Shown: positions 48,546-60,595 of the stretch, piece by piece | How positions within the stretch are numbered: position 1 is the first letter of the stretch | Layout: every line of letters starts with the position of its first letter | Assembly (NCBI RefSeq): GCF_004010195.1 | Contig: NC_057718.1 | Location: 97,090,079-97,154,078 of the forward strand | From: Chiloscyllium plagiosum | Taxonomy: Eukaryota | DNA: 64,000 nt | Direction: 5' to 3' | Notes under the pieces: model-generated | Told to the model about the DNA's origin: nothing | Seen by the model: only the letters and a program-made list of their open reading frames with translations | Database searches by the model: none | Made by a program: the position numbers and the translations under genes

Positions 48546-49614
48546 TGATTGGAGCATGCCCTCGAGCAAGACAATTCAAAATGGGCAACAACTTCAGGCC
48601 TTGGCAGTAATGCCCATATCCCATGAAGGAACTGAAGAAAGCTTCTTCTATAACCTTGCTATTGCCTCTGTTATTGACCTTCCCCAATCCGCTAGGTACT
48701 CAGTACTCCTCCAAATCCAATCCTACCATGATTCCATTCACTTTAGCATTGGCAGCCAAGCAATCCAGTGCCTAAGCTTTGGAATTTGTTCTCTAGACCT
48801 CACCCTCTCTTTTCCTTTGTTTAAGCTGCCCGTTCTCTTTGGTTCAAATTTGGGCCACCCATTTATGTTTTGCCGTGGCTCACTGACCGATATTATCCAG
48901 TTACCATCCCATGAGCATCTCTGTATATTTTCCATTGTTTCATGTCGCTGTGTTAATGCTAGTTGCTTTTGTTCAGACCACCATCCCATTCTCTTTCTTA
49001 ACAGACACTGCTTTCAATGCTCCAGTGACGTTATCAACTCCTTCTGCAACATCAAACGCTGAGCTATCCTGAAACGTTTACTTCAAAATCGCTGTAAAAG
49101 CAATTTTAATGTCTCTGAGACCACTTGACATCCTCTGCGTATAAAAATATTTGAGAGTTACAATTACTGTGGATGAGTTATTTTTAAGCTTCAGTAGAAG
49201 CTATTTATCAGAGTGAGCGTTGACAGTTTGGTGCTTGAGTATTAGAGAGTTGCAAAGAATTCAGACATTAGATAGAAATAAACTCTGTGAAGAATAACTG
49301 GATAGTTAGTAAAATTGGATAGTTAATTATTGTAAAATGGTGCCTTTAAGAAGGTGATAGTGAGTTGATCTGCTGCAGTACATGTGGTGCAGGTATAGCC
49401 ACAATCTCAGAAAGGAAGTTCTGAGATTTTGACCCAGTGGCAGTGAAGAAATGACAATGAAGGCCCAAGTCAGGGTGGTCTGTGGTTTAGGGTGGAATCT
49501 GGAGACATTGGTGTGCTGATGCACTCTCTGCCATTGTCCTTCTCAGTGGCAGTGTTGTGGGTTTAGAAGGTGTGGTTAAGAGAGACACATCAGCTCTTGG
49601 GAGTGTATTTTTTC

Positions 49615-49945
49615 GAATCATAGAATCTCTACAGTGTAGAAACAAGCCGTTTGGCCCAACAAGTCCACACAGCCCCTCCAAAGAGTAACCCACCCAGACC
49701 CATTCCCCTACCCTATTATCCCATATTTACCCCTGACTAATGCACCTAACCTACACATCTCTGAACACTATGGCAATGTAGCATGGCCAATTCACCTGAC
49801 CTGCACATCTTTGGACTGTGGGAGGAAACCGGAGCACCCGGAGAAAACCCACACAGACACAGGGAGAATGTGCAAACTCCACACAGTCACCCGAGGGTGG
49901 GATCGAACTTGGGTCCCTGGCGCCGTGAGGCAGCAGTGCTAACTA
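49615..49945 (-). mobile_element. V-SINE
   Basis: V-domain and tail on -. Confidence 0.88.
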
Positions 49946-50029
49946 CATTACGATGATATACACTGCTGCCACTGGTGGTGTATGAGCTGCGAGGTAACCT
50001 TAGACCTGGATGGTATTGAGTTTCTTATA

Positions 50030-50630
50030 AGTCCATATGATATAGGAGTAGAATTAGAATATTGTGTCTGGTCGCCATTCAGTAATGGCTGATATGTTTC
50101 TCAACCGCATTCTTCTGCCTTCTCCCCCAATCAGGAACTTATCTAACTTTGTCTTAGATACACTCAATGACATGGCTTCCACAGGCTTCCACAAGGAGTT
50201 CCACATGTTCATAACCCTCTGACTGAAGAAATTCCTCCTCATCTCCATACTGAAGGGTGATTCCTTCACTCGGAGGCTGGGCCCTCAGGTCCTCGTCTCT
50301 CCTGCTCATGGAAACATATTCTCTACGTCCACTTTATCCAGGCCTCTCAGTTATCTCTAAGTTTCAATCGGATTCCCCACTTCCATCCTTCTAAACTCAA
50401 TTGAGTACAGAGCCAGAGTCCTCATATGACAAACCTCAGAGAAAGCGAGGACTGCAACTGCTGGAGATCAGAGTCGAGAGTGTGGTGCTGGAAAAGCACA
50501 GCAGGTCAGGCAGCATCCGAGAAGGAGGAGAATCGATGTTTCGGACAAGAGCCCTTCATCAGGAATCTTGCACGAAAAGTCGATTCTTCTGCTCCTCGGA
50601 TGCTGCCTGACCTGATATAACAAACCTTGT
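50030..50630 (-). mobile_element. CR1 3' end plus fold-back PLE insert (~50437-50614)
   Basis: MRRNFFSQRVMNMWNSL; imperfect TSD atat(g/a)acaaacct. Confidence 0.78.
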
Positions 50631-51392
50631 TTCATGAAGGAGTTATGTTCATCCATGCAAGTATTCCATCACAATGATAGACACGCTTTGGAAGTTATGA
50701 AGTAAGTTGCTCTTCAGAGAATTCCCGGCCTCCTCCCTACCCTTGTTGCCACAGTATTTCTGTGGTGGTTCAGTTCAGTTTCAGGTTATTGGTCACCTCC
50801 AGGACTCTGAAGGTGGGGAAGTTCAGCCGTGGTAATGTCAGTGGGCAATGATTTGGATCCTGTTGGAGATTGTCATTGGATGGTAATTACCAACCTGAAG
50901 TCTTGCTGAAGTGGGCAGTGTTCCAATACCTGAGAAACTGTGAGTATTGCGAGACATAGAATTCATTGCAAAGGTAGGATTCACGTAATGGGGCTGTTAA
51001 AGTGATAACTGCCTGACTCAATGGTAGTTAAACAGTGTAGAAATTTAGCTTTTACATTATTTTTGTGTTTACTGATGTTAGTTGTACTTGAATGCCGTAC
51101 TTGGAAAAAATGTGGTAATACATGCTGTTATCTCATGACAAAAGACAGTTTGATGGAGAGCTAAATGGTGTGAGCTAGATTCCTTGGGACTCTGTTAAAC
51201 TGTGGCAGATTATAAAGTGAAATCATGCATTTCCATAATATGTGCTCTGTGACTTTGTGTTGGTGATAAACTTTCTGAATTGGAGATTTGTACGGAGCAT
51301 GACTTGGCTTGTCAAGGTGCATCGGGCTGTGTACATTATGCATGACTTTGTTCGATAACTCTCTTTTTTTGTGTGTGTCATTTTGTTTCCAG

Positions 51393-51461
51393 GAAACAGA
51401 CCTGCTGGAAATTAGCCTGGTCAAGGATGCCCGTACAGGAAAGTACGCAAGAAATCCCAAG
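51393..51461 (+). CDS. PLCB1: Internal coding exon (69 nt, phase 0/0) of a phospholipase C beta gene, PH-domain segment; best match PLCB1 exon 3
   Basis: Acceptor ttttgtttccAG (51391-92) and donor GTaggc (51462). Translates as ETDLLEISLVKDARTGKYARNPK, about 15/23 identical to the recalled human PLCB1 [23 protein letters not shown], with the same exon length. The PLCB family call is strong; the paralogue call is less so. Confidence 0.85.
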
Positions 51462-51999
51462 GTAGGCCATGTGCTGTAAAACTCTGACCAGCCACACTCA
51501 TCTGCATCAGTAACCTGCACATAAATGTTCAGCAGTTTGTGCAAACTATTTGTAACAATCTTCAGATACTTCTGAGAGAAAAAAAACACATTTGACAAGC
51601 TCAAGGTGATTTAACTGCACCTCCTCTCTGTCATAATAATGTGCATTGTGTCTTATATTCTAGATCACACCAGATTTTGTGTATGTAACAAGTTTTATTT
51701 ACACAGCTTTAAATGTCTGCTCCATGTTTTCAGCTTGAAGCCCCTGTATTTACTTTTCACTGTGTCAACAGCCAGGCTGAACCAATCAAGCACAGTGAGC
51801 ATCAATAATAGACAGGCTCATATAATCAAACACAGAACAATTGATACTCCATTCATTTCCTGAGGTGTCAATGATTAATAATTAGCAGCAAGTTTTGCAA
51901 AACTGTCACTTGTGATTCCAGCCAAGCTTACGGTCCAGTAACTTGTGTTTGTAAACAGTCGATCCATCATGGCCATTGTCATTGGCACAATCGATAAAG

Positions 52000-52670
52000 G
52001 GTAGCGCTGGAAAAAGCAAAGCAGGTCAGGCAGAATGCAAGGAGCAGGAGAGTCAACGTTTCAGGCAGGACGCAAAAGAGGGGAAGAGGGCTGAGAAATA
52101 AAAAGCGGGAGGGGTGTGGGACTGGGGGAAAGGTGGGTGCGATGATGATAGGTGGATGCAGGTAGGAGGTGATGGTGATAGGTCAGTGAGGAGGGTGGAG
52201 CGGATAGCTGGGAAGGAAGACGATCAGGTCAAGAGGGCGGTGCCGAGTCGGAGAGTTGGATCTGAAATGGGTGGGGGGAGAGGAGATTTGGAAACTGGTG
52301 AACTCAATGTCGAGGCCATGTGGATGTAGGGTCCCGAGGTGGAAGATGAGGTGCTCTTTCTCCAGTAGTGGGTGGCCTTGTTTAAACTGTGGAGGCAGCC
52401 CAGAATGGGCATGTCATGGGGGGAGTAGGAGGGGGAGTTGAAATGGCTGGCCACAGGAAGGTGGTGCGTACAGACTAGAGATGTTCACTGAACCGTTCCG
52501 CGAATTTGTGCTCTGTCTTTCTGATGTAGAGGAGACCACACTGGGAGCAATGGATGCAGTTAATGAGGTTCGAGGATATGCAAGTAAATCTCTGCCAGAT
52601 TTGGAATGATCCTTTGGGGCTTTGGATGGAGACGCAAGAGGGGGGAGGTGTGGGCGCAGGTTTCGTCAAG
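52000..52670 (-). mobile_element. PLE GIY-YIG remnant and 3' UTR
   Basis: FTCISSNLINCIHCSQCGLLYIRKTEHKFAERFSEHL; ASHFNSPSYSPHDMPILG. Confidence 0.85.
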
Positions 52671-53679
52671 AGATTATTGTTGTGCATCAGTTTCTACAGC
52701 AGACTGTTGGGTACTGAGAGGTTCTGAAGTTCAAATTGCAGCCCTAATATTTCCAGATTGACCGACTGTACCTAACATCAGTGAACCAAGCAACCATTTT
52801 TTGGGTAAGCAATCGAAGGACTAAGATGTCATTGGATTTTACTTTTGCTTCTTATTCAGGGGAGAGCAGTGATTTAAAAAGAAACACAGAGGAGAGTGGA
52901 CCCCAGTGTAATAATTTTGCGTGGCCATTGAAAATGGATCCCTTGCCAAAACTCAGAAAGTGTTTGTTCCAGGAACACAGGCCATAGACTGTAAACAAGG
53001 AGTCAGTGGTTTAACACTGAAATGTGGAGAAATTACTTTCACTTGAGGCTTGTGGATCTTCTTGAATTCTGGGGTAGGAACCCCAAAGATCTTAGTCGTT
53101 AATTAGATTTGAGGCAACGGTCCAAAACTAGTATGGGAAGGTGAAGTTGAAGGCAGGTTTAACAGCTATTGAATGGTCAAGCGAATGGCCTACTCTTACT
53201 CTTGCCTTTGTCCCAGACAAAGACTTATCAGAGCATGGTGGGCTTGTAATTCATCAGGCAGCCTCCCTTCCACTGGGATTTTTGATGGATCCAGTCTGTC
53301 ACAGATATGTACCTATTGTGTCTTAGCATTGTTTGCCCTCTACCAGGTAAATGACATTGAACGACAGAACATCAGAAGAAGAGATGAACAGAACACCAAA
53401 TGGAAGAGCTTGCCTTGGTCCCTTCTGTCTTGGGTGTGTGCCCTTTATTTTTATCCAGTTCCCATCTCCTTCAGTTCGGAGGCTCAGGTCACCGACTCCA
53501 TGGTTTCCTGGTGTATTGTGAGTTCCCGCTGTATGGATGGAGCTGGTTCTCATCCACTTGCATGAGATACCCAATAGGAAAAGAAAAGGAAAAAAACAGT
53601 GTGTTTGGAAAGGATGGTGACATTCTTTGGTTGAATCTTTGGTAAGGTTTGGGCTGTCCATAACAGGAAACAGGAAAAA

Positions 53680-53953
53680 TTAGATCACTTACAGTGTGGA
53701 AACAGGCCCTTTGCCCAACAAGTCCACACCGACCCAGACCCATTCCCCTGCACCTAACACTATGGGCAACTTGGTATGGCCAATTCACCTAACCTGCACA
53801 TTTTTGGACTGTGGGAGGAAACCGGAGCACCCGGATGAAACCCACGCAGACACGGGGAGAATGTGCAAACTCCACACAGTCAGTCGCCTGAGGCGGGAAT
53901 TGAACCCGGGTCACTGGCGCTGTGAGGCAGCAGTGCTAACCACTGTGCCGCCC
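53680..53953 (-). mobile_element. V-SINE, young, internally deleted
   Basis: V-domain with CpGs intact. Confidence 0.9.
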
Positions 53954-54246
53954 ACAGAGACAAATGTTTTGTCTTTGAGCAGAGCATATCTCTCATGGCC
54001 TGTAGAACAGAATGGAGGGTCTTGAGACCCTGAAATTTGGTCTTTAGGTGTTAACATTCTAATACTATTTTGTGAGGAGCATCTTGATTTTCTGCTGTTG
54101 TCTTTCAAAGCATGTCATTTGTGAGGAAAGCATCGAGAGTATTTAATATGTATTCCTGTCTTTTGTTCCCCACATCGATCCTTGTGCTTCCAAGGAATCC
54201 ATTTTCTGTTGTGTCAATCAATTAAGTTTCCATTTTATAAATGGCT

Positions 54247-54562
54247 GGCAGCACGGTGGCTCAGTGGTTAGCACCTCCACCTGACAGCGCCTCGGGCGAC
54301 TGTCTGTGTGGGTTTTGCACATTCTCCCCGTGTCTGCATGGGTTTCCTCCGAGTGCTCCGGTTTCCTCCCACAGTCCAAAGATGTGCAGCTTAGGTGAAT
54401 CAGCCATGCTGAATTGCCCATAGTGTTCAGGGATGTGTAGGTTAGGTGTATTAGTCATGGGTAAATATTGGGTAGGGGAATGGGTCTGGGTGGGTTATTC
54501 TTCGGAGGGCTGGTGTGGACTTGTTGGGCTGAAGGTCCTGTTTTCACTCTGTAGGGTTTCTA
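54247..54562 (+). mobile_element. V-SINE
   Basis: Head, V-domain and tail. Confidence 0.88.
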
Positions 54563-56356
54563 TTAAAAAAATTGTCAGATACTGTCACATTTGGCTATGG
54601 GTGAGAGCAGCTCAAAGGTGTTGATGCAGTAAGTATTGCATCCTCAGGTGGGATATTGCCAACACACGTGGGTAACATTGATGGGAGAGCTCAGTACCCT
54701 TCTGTATTGTGTTCGAGAGCTGGTGTGTGTTGGTCTGGCAAAGCAAATTGTCCTCTGATGGGATTTGTTTCACTGCAGTAAATTCTAATCCACATCTTCC
54801 CCAGTGATGATCGATCTTGTACTTTAATTATGTTGCTCAGGCAGGAAATATAAATATGTCACAGGGAAAATTGACGCAGCTTTTGATGGAAAGCCAACTA
54901 CAAAGCAACCTCGCCGTCTGATTTATGTCTGGCTTTCGCATCTTGGCTCAGCTCATGAACCCACTTCCCAGTTTGTGCTCGCTCTCTGTCTGTTCTGCTG
55001 TAGCCCACTCGAAATATTCTTCCATCAGCAGATCGCTGCCTGGAGTCTCAGCCACGATAATGAGCCTTCTCCTCCCCTACCCTCTGAGTCAGGGATTAAA
55101 ATCCTCTCTCCAAATCCAGTCAGCACTGCATAACTGAACCTGACAAATCTGTACAGCTGTGTCCTATCAGTTCCTTTAGCTTTGCCAAAAACACGAGGGT
55201 TGAAAGGTTAACTCCACCGAAGTCTGAATTCTCCCAACTCTACAGCTGAATCACAGGTGGAAGAGAAGCCAAACAGATGACGTCAAAATATACTTCTTTC
55301 TATCTTTCCCTCCCTCCTCACTCACTCACTGACTCTCACCCTTTGCTTACTTCTTCTCTCTGGACCGCAGCTCTCTCCCCTTCCAGCCCCAATATATGAA
55401 AGCAAACATTGCTCATCATCCAAAGTCATGGCTGCAAATACTGATCAATGGACATCGCGAGACCAAATGAATGATCAAAACTGTTGGAGATGGATTTCAA
55501 TACAACCAAGTGTGAGGCTATCCATTTTGGATTGAAAAGGGATAGATCAGCGTACTTTCCGGATGAAGTGAAGTTAAATACAATGAATGTCCAAAGAAAC
55601 TTGGAGGTTCAGAGTCACCAATGTTTAAAATGCAGAAAGAAATCAAGGTGCAGAAAGTAAGGCTGAAGGACAGTTGGTCTTTGACACCAACAGCACAGGT
55701 TCGATTCCCACACCAGTTGAGGTCACCATAGCAGTCCTGGTTTCATCACCTCTCCCCTCATCTGAGGCATGGTGTTAAACCACCAGCAATCCTCTCTCTC
55801 TCTCTCTCTCCCTCTCCCAGGAGAGCAGTGGGATTATGGTGACTTTACTTACTAATCATTGCAGAACTAAACCTTGCTGAGTGGGCATTTGGACCTTAAT
55901 AACTTGGTGATAACCACTCTAGTGTGGGCTGCACAGACTAAGAAGATCCCAGGTACACACTCTACTCAGTTGTTATTTGATCTTAAAAAGAGCATAGTCT
56001 TGTACAATGGCAGACAGCTTGATCCCAGTTCAGCCAGTCTCTTGGTGTTTGCTCTTCTTTTGCTAGAACTATCTGGGGTACCATGAGTGGATTCACTGTC
56101 ACCTATCCTTATCGGCTTCAGTTCCAGTTACTCATACTAACTGCGGAAGGATCCATGTGAGGTTTCAAACAAAAGCTGGCTCATTTTTGATGAACAATAA
56201 ATACATTTGTTACATATTATTTAGTAGCTAGTTACATAAGATCTGGGATAAATGATAGACTATCAGGCTGACCTTAATTGCACTTTGTTACTGTAGTTAC
56301 TAAGAACAGTCACCACAGTACCATATATCCTCTGATGGACATATGTGGAACTTGGA

Positions 56357-56493
56357 GAAAGTGAGGACTGGAGATGTTGGAGGTCAAAGTCGAGAGTGTG
56401 GTGCTGGAAAAGCACAGCAGTTCAGGTAGCATCCAAGGAGCTGGAGAATTGATGTTTTGGGTATAGCCATTTATCAGGATTGTGGAATGTGGA
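56357..56493 (-). mobile_element. PLE-end insert with 16-bp TSD
   Basis: atatgtggaacttgga at 56341-56 and 56494-509. Confidence 0.8.
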
Positions 56494-56959
56494 ATATGTG
56501 GAACTTGGACATAGGCAGAACTCTGGAGTACTCCTCCTAGGAACAGTCTTTTGTATTCTGAAACGTATCTTCTGATGTCAGTTAATAATAACTGCCTTAC
56601 TCAATGCAGTAGCTCCACTATCCCAGGGGAAGGAGTTGGTGTCATTGCACAGAGCGCCCCTTTCCGATCACTGTCTTGTGATTCCATGCTCCAGCGTGCG
56701 TTAGTTTGAGGACTGGGTCAGTGGGCTGCCCTTAATATTCAATGAGACTACCAGTAAAAGCTGGGTAACACTGAAAGGTTGGTCATCTCGAGCATCTGTG
56801 AAACTGTAGATCCCAGCCTGACCAAGCGTCTCCAGGAGACAGGGAGAAATTGACTGAGTTTGCGATAATTATTCACAAGACCTAGCTCCCGGAGCAATCC
56901 ATAAGAGAACAAACTCCTGATGGATTTCACCTCAGGTGTGAATGAGATTTGGATGTGTT

Positions 56960-58560
56960 GGTGTTAACTTTCCAAAAATTGCTCGATTTGGAATGGTTCC
57001 ATCGGAAAGGAGCGAGGGGACAGTGAACAGGAAACTTGACATTTGTCATGGGAGACTTTGAATTGGTTACCCAGGAGGCCTTAGCTAGGCACTTTGAAAA
57101 ACACAGCGTAATCAGGAAGCGTTGGCAAGGTTTATGAAAGGGAAATCATATTTAATCATTTTGTAGGAGTTATTTAATGGAGTACAATGCAGTGAAGATA
57201 AAGGGGTGCCTACACAGGGACTGCCCTTGGATTTCCAAAGTGTATTTGGCAAGGCATCACACATAAAAAATTGTTTTGCAAAGTTATAGCACATGGTGTT
57301 GGGGTAGCATATTAACACCGATAAAAGATTGGCTGGCTGGAAGAGAATAGAGAGGATACATAAATTCTCATTGACAGGATGTTATGGGTAGAATTCATTT
57401 GCTAATGGCTTGAAGATGGAGAGGGAAGTATAGTGTGAAGAGTACATAAATAGGTTGCAGACCAATGCGGATAGATTGAGCAAGTAGGCAAACATCTGAC
57501 AGAAGGAGTAGAATGCGGGAAAATGTGAGATTGTTCACATTGGTGGGAGTTAGTGTTCAGGTACAGCAAGTGCTTAAGAAGGCTGTTGGGATGCTATACT
57601 ATGTTATCAAAGAAATTGAAAATAAAAGTCATGATGTTATCCTTCAGTTGTACAGGATATCAGTAAGACCACATGTCAATTTTCCTTTCCTTATTTAAGG
57701 AAGGATGTGGATATATTGGATATGGGATAGGAGGAGGTTAGGGAGAGGTTGAATGGGCTGGGTGTGTTTTCCCTAGAGCGTCAGAGGCTAAGGGGTGACT
57801 CTGTAGAGGTTTATAAAATCGTGAGGAGCATAGATAGAGTAAATAGACAAAATCTTTTCCCTGGGTTGGAGGAGTCCAGAACTAGAGGGCATAGGTTTAG
57901 GGTGACAGGGAAAGTTTTTTAAAGGGGCATAAGGGGCAGCGTTTTCACCCAGAGGATGGTGCGTGTGTGGAATGAGCTGCCAGAGGAAGTGGTGGAGAAT
58001 GGTACAATTGCAATATTTAAAAGGCATCTGGATGGGTATATGAATAAGAAGGATTTAGAGGGCCAAGTGCCGGCAATTGGGACTAGATTAATTTCAGATA
58101 TCTGGTCAGCGTGGATGAGGTGAACCGAAGGGTCTGTTTCCATGCTGTGCATCTCTATGACTCTACTATATTGGTACATGGAATGAGTGGGTGTCTAATA
58201 AGGATGGGTTGAACAGTCTGGGCATGTATCCACTAGATTTTGGAACAGTGAGAGGTGACCTGAATAGAACTTATACGTTTTGTTTATAGTCTTGATAGGT
58301 GAATATGTAAAGGGTGTTTCCTTTTTTGGGTGAGTCCAGGGTGATGGAATTAGGGGTGACCCCTTGAGGACAGAGATGAGAATATTTCTCTCTCAGATAG
58401 TTGTGTGAAATGGGACACTCTGCCTCCGAAGTTGGAGCCAGGGTTTCTGAATCCTTTTAAGGCTGAGGTGGATAGATTTTTCTTATGCATCGGATTGGAG
58501 GGTTCGCGGGGTCAATGGGAATGTGGAATTCTAGGCATACACAGAATTGCCATGGTCGTG
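56960..58560 (+). mobile_element. Old CR1 RT remnant with a younger CR1 3' end inserted (57730-58165)
   Basis: ggtttatgaaagggaaatcat (GFMKGKS), ttggatttccaaag (LDFQ), ILQLYRISVRPH, WNELPEEVV. Confidence 0.78.
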
Positions 58561-58589
58561 TGCAGGCTTGAAGAGTTTTCCTTGAATTC

Positions 58590-59490
58590 AAGGTATTTTC
58601 CCCAGGGTAGGGGAGTCTAAAACTAGAGGGCATGGGTTTAAGGTGAGAGGGAAATGGTTCAAAAGGCCCCTGAGGGGTAACTTAGGGGTGGTATCGTGGC
58701 TCAGTGGTTAGCACTGCTGCCTCACAGTGCCAGGGACCCAAGTTCAATTCCAGGCAACTGTCTGTGTGGAGTTTGCACATTCTCCCTATGTCTGTGTGGG
58801 TTTCCTCTGGGCACTCTGGTTTCCTCCCATAGTCCAAAGATGTGCAGGTTAGGGTGGATTGGCCAAAGCTAAATTGTCCATGGTGTTCAGAGATATGTCG
58901 GTTAGGTGCATTAGTGAGGAGTAAATACAGGGTGGGGGAATGAGTCTGGGTAGGTTACACTTCGGAGGGTTGGTGTGGACTTCTTGGGCCAAATGGCCTG
59001 TTTACACACTGTAGGGGTTCGATGAACTTTTTCCCGTGAACATGATGCATGTATGGAATGATTTGCCTGGGGAAGAGGTGGAGGCTGGTACAATTACAGC
59101 ATGGAGAAACTGAGGACTGCAGATGCTGGCGATCAGAGTTGAAAAGTGTGGTGCTGGAAAAGCACAGCAGGTCAGGCAGCATCCGAGGAGCAGGAGAGTT
59201 GACGTTTCGGGTGTGAGCCCGGCATTCCTGATGAAGAGCTTATGTCCCAAATATCGACACTCCTGCTCTTCAGATACTGTCTGATCTGCTGTGCTTTTCA
59301 CCACACTTTTTGACTCACAGTTACAACATTTAAAAGGCATCTGGATGGGCACATGAATAGGAAGGATTTGGAGGGAGATTGGTCAAATGCTGGCAACTGG
59401 GGCAAGATTAATTTAAGATATCTGATCAGCATGGACAAGTTGAACCGAAGGGTCTGTTTCCGTGCTGTATACCTCTGTGACTCTGTGATT
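58590..59490 (+). mobile_element. CR1 3' end carrying a nested V-SINE (58685-59020) and a fold-back PLE insert (59103-59316)
   Basis: The CR1 sequence is continuous once both inserts are removed; imperfect TSD aca(a/g)ttaca(g/a)cat. Confidence 0.85.
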
Positions 59491-60259
59491 GTATCTGAAG
59501 CCTGTATTCACCCCTGTGCATATGTAAACATATGTAAACTAGTAAAAAGCCACCCTTTACTGTTTATCCAATGCCGTAACATGAATGATCGAATTTTCCT
59601 CTGTGCTGTGTCTTTGCATTGTGGAATTGCATGTACTTGCTTCTGACACAATCCAGTCTCAGCATCATTCCTACTTCACAATAAGGAAGTGCCACTTTGC
59701 GCAAGCTGCTCGATCCACACATTCAATCCCACATTGTTCAATTTAGTTGTTTAGCCACTGCTGGAGAACTTGCTCTGTGTTTTGCATGAGACCTACGCAC
59801 ACAGCGAATAATATTGAAGGCTAACAGCATTTTCTTTCGAAGTCAAGTGGTTTGTGCAGCAAGATGGAGAGACTGAGCTTCATTCTATTTGCTTTTGAAG
59901 GGGAAAGGAGAGAATGTAATTGTTTTCTTCTGGAGATATTTGCTATTTCCCCAGAAGTTGTCATCACGTCGGTATAAATGTGCATGAACATTGGTTCATC
60001 CGGTACATTGTGCTGCATGTTTTGTGTGCACACTTGATAATCTGCGATGGTAGAATTAGGAAGCAAAGCTGCTGTGAGGTGTAGAGATCTGGGTATTGTA
60101 AAGAGTTCCATTCACTAAATATGTATTCAGTCTGAAGAGGATGATTGCAATACAGACTTGAGTCAAATAGACTATTCCTGATCCATACACTTGTAATAAA
60201 AGATGCTTAATTCATTTTGAAACAGGACAATGGCAAGAAGCGCTAGACAGAATCTTTTG

Positions 60260-60595
60260 TATAATTCATTGGATGAAGGTACCACTGGCTAGGTCAACAT
60301 TCATTACCCATCCCTAATTATCCAGAGGACAGTTAAAAGTCAATCCACGATGCTGTGGGTCTGGAATCACATGAAGCCAGACCATAATAAGGATGGCCAG
60401 TTTCCTTCTCGAAGGGACATGAATGAACACAATCAGTTTTTTTCCTAACCACAGTTATCATTAGACTCTTACTTCCAGCTATTTATTGAATTCAACTTCC
60501 ACCATTTGCTATGGGGGGATTCAAACACAGGTCCCCACAACATTACCTGGGTTAGCAGCCCAGCAATAATACCACAAGGGCATTGCCTCCCCTAT
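60260..60595 (-). mobile_element. Second SINE family copy
   Basis: Reverse complement resembles 290-635. Confidence 0.7.

Noticed and set aside
49615..54562. Inverted V-SINEs flanking the exon as a circRNA driver
   Set aside because: Inverted SINE pairs are expected by chance at this density, and a 69-nt exon is very short for single-exon circularisation
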